Shown here: positions 54,973 to 57,273 of the stretch, piece after piece
Numbering within the stretch: position 1 is the first letter of the stretch
How the letters are laid out: each line of letters starts with the position of its first letter
Assembly (NCBI GenBank): GCA_964016885.1
Contig: CAXHJY010000890.1
Coordinates: forward strand, 1-57,273
Reading direction: 5' to 3'
DNA: 57,273 nucleotides
From: Eledone cirrhosa
Lineage: Eukaryota
Program-made: the position numbers and the translations under genes
Notes under the pieces: generated by a model
Database searches by the model: none
Told to the model about the DNA's origin: nothing
What the model saw: the letters and a program-made list of their open reading frames with translations, nothing else

Positions 54973-57198
54973 TTATACTTCTCTTAGGTCAGTGTTGTTT
55001 GTTTGGGTGTTGTTGTTGTTCCACTCATTCTTTCTGTTTAGCTTTGGTCTTCTAATTTCTATTTCACTGGCCTCTCTGATTTGCCTATCTGCTGGGTCAT
55101 TCCTATGTTTAGATATTATTCTAATTTCTATGTTGTCTATGTTACCGTCATGATGTTGTCTAGCATGTTCGTATAGTACTGACCCGTTTTTTCGTCCTTT
55201 TAGTTCCCCCCAGTGTTGGTCTATCCTTTCACCTATGCTACGAGCTGTCTCACCTATGTATGTTGTTGTCGTGTTTCTGCAAGTACCCTCTGTACATCTT
55301 ATGCTATAGACTACGTTTCTAGTTTTACAGTTTATCCGGGGGTTCACCTTACATATGATACATTTCCTATTGGTACAGTGGGTTTTCTTAAAAGGGTAGG
55401 TTTTGCTGATCAGGGATTTTATGGTGGTTCCTGGCTTTTCTACCACCTTTATTTTTAAGTGGGTCTTTCTCAGGGCCTTTCTACACTGGTTAGCTAATTT
55501 CCCTCCAGGGGTGGCGTCCACAAACATGACACTCTGATATCTCTGGTTGTCGTACCATGATGTGGCCTTCCCTATCTTATGTCTAGCCCTATCTAAGCTA
55601 TTCCATGATTTGCTCCTGTATAGTGGGCAAATTCCTTTCATGTCCAGTTCTATGAGGGTCTTATACTTTTCCATGGCTCCTTCGTATACTCTGACTCTGT
55701 CTCTTTGGTTGTAGCCAGAGAACTGCATGCGGTTGATGAAGTGTTGGATGTGTCCTTCCATTTCTGTTGGGTCGCACATGCTGGACACATTCTTCATCAC
55801 TCGTACCAAATCTGCGATCAGAATATTAAACTTAGCACTACTGGACATTGCTGAGTTTTTGAGTATCAGGTATTTGGAGGCCATGGGTTTAGCATAGTGT
55901 GAGTGGAGAATTTGGGCTCTCTCGTCTATAGTGTTAATCCAGAGTTCTGTGTCTAATACAGGTAGTCTATTGTTAGGGTGTTTGGAAGGGAAGTCTATAG
56001 TTACAGTTATACTCTGGTGTATGGAATTAGCTATCTGCTGGATGCTTTCCATCGTGCTACGTTCTAAATCAAACTTGTTAGTGCTCTCTAGTGGGGGTGT
56101 TCTTATAACTATATTGATATCGTCTACATAACGAGAGTACATGATGAGGTCTATGGAGCTTTCATTAAGGAGATCTTTAAGTCTCCTTTCCCACCATACC
56201 ATGAAAAGGTTGGCAACATCGCCAGCTATGCTGACGCCGATGGCTGCTCCCTCATTTTGGGTGTAGATTTTCTCATTGAACTTAAATATGTGGCCCTTTA
56301 GGGTAGTTTTGATACTAGCCCCTATTGCATGTGCGACCATTTTTCTTACCTGATCAGTGTTTTGGGGGGTCCGTATAGCTTTGGTCCACCCAATCCACCT
56401 TCCTATGGGAGTCTTTTTAGCCATTGAGGTTATGGTGGGGGGTCTACCTCTTATAGGTCTACTAGGGCAGAAACATCTAAGGTCATGGCTGTCTAGGTAG
56501 TCAGTGTCGTAGGTAAGTCTAAGTAGGAGGCCCAGTTCGTCTGTGTCGACGTCGCAGAACTCCACCTCACTCTCAATGATCATCTCCACACATCTTTTCA
56601 CAGCAAAATCAATGTTAATGGATGGGTACAGTGACACCACATCCATGCTGCCTATTATGCAGTTGGATAGGCTCCTGTTTTTGTTGCACTCACTGATTCT
56701 GCTGAGGAGGTCCTCTGTACTTTCACATACATCTGGGGACATCTTGATTATGGGGCGTATAACCATTGAGAGGAAGTAGGAGATCCTGTAGTTGCTAGCT
56801 ATATTAGCTCCGCATACAGGTCTTGTTGGTGGTCCTATTGTCGGGTCGTCGACTGTCTTGTGGTCTTTGCGGAGCCCATACAAGGGTGGTATGCCATTGT
56901 TAGACGCCTGGAAGTTGTTGGCAGTGCGTCTGCTTGGCTTTAGGATGTCAGTCCACATCATCATGTGAGCGTTGAGGATTTTTTCTCTCCCATCGTGTGT
57001 TAGTTGTGCAACTTCGCTCGTGTTGGTGATGTGGGGTTGCATTGCCTCGATGTAGTTCGGCATGCTATCTATTGACATCCTACCAGACTTATCTGTGGGT
57101 AGACACACTACCTCACCATCCCTTGTGCGCTGCTTGAGGCTAACCAAGCCTTCTACAGGTTTTATCCCAAGTTGTTGGGCCTCTGGTCTGCTCTGTCT
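54973..57198 (-). pseudogene. 5'-truncated duplicate of the PLE-3 RT-EN coding region (upstream tandem copy)
   Basis: Protein identical to 45005-47230; begins abruptly at the TA satellite junction with no genuine start codon. Confidence 0.9.
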
Positions 57199-57215
57199 TA
57201 TATATATATATATAC

Positions 57216-57252
<37 letters not shown>

Positions 57253-57273
57253 AATATATATATATATATACAT

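Larger units (their letters stand above)
44482..57198 (-). mobile_element. Penelope-like element PLE-3 (Neptune/Nematis-like) in partial tandem: full copy interrupted by Tx1, plus an upstream 5'-truncated copy
   Basis: 44482-47230 is duplicated at 54450-57198 (offset 9968; one substitution seen, 46241 vs 56209). Both ends lie in the TA satellite. Confidence 0.93.

Overview
Eukaryotic, very AT-rich, retroelement-saturated window; no host gene is recognisable. The SINE type and microsatellite load resemble cephalopod (Octopus-like) DNA, which is an inference. Long noisy (TA)n and TACATAAA(TA)n tracts host three Penelope-like elements (PLEs; RT plus C-terminal GIY-YIG): two Hydra-clade-like and one Neptune/Nematis-like in partial tandem. 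There is also a 3' PLE fragment and several small non-coding islands. I folded about a dozen type I hammerhead ribozyme (HHR) motifs by eye, many with palindromic stem III and a greatly enlarged stem II. An (ATT/AAT)n hotspot at 18-35 kb holds tRNA-derived SINEs, R4/Dong-like LINE remnants and four Tx1-clade LINE copies, including a twin-priming inversion and a Tx1-in-Tx1 nest. The best-supported highlight is an intact two-ORF Tx1 (47751-53572) inserted with an exact 16-bp TSD into the poly-Asn codons of a PLE; removing it restores an uninterrupted ~1210-aa PLE ORF. More speculative leads are retrozyme-like non-coding elements, expanded-stem-II HHRs, conserved splice-donor motifs in Tx1, and possible telomerase-like synthesis of the flanking satellite. 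All structures and alignments were made by eye; no searches were run.
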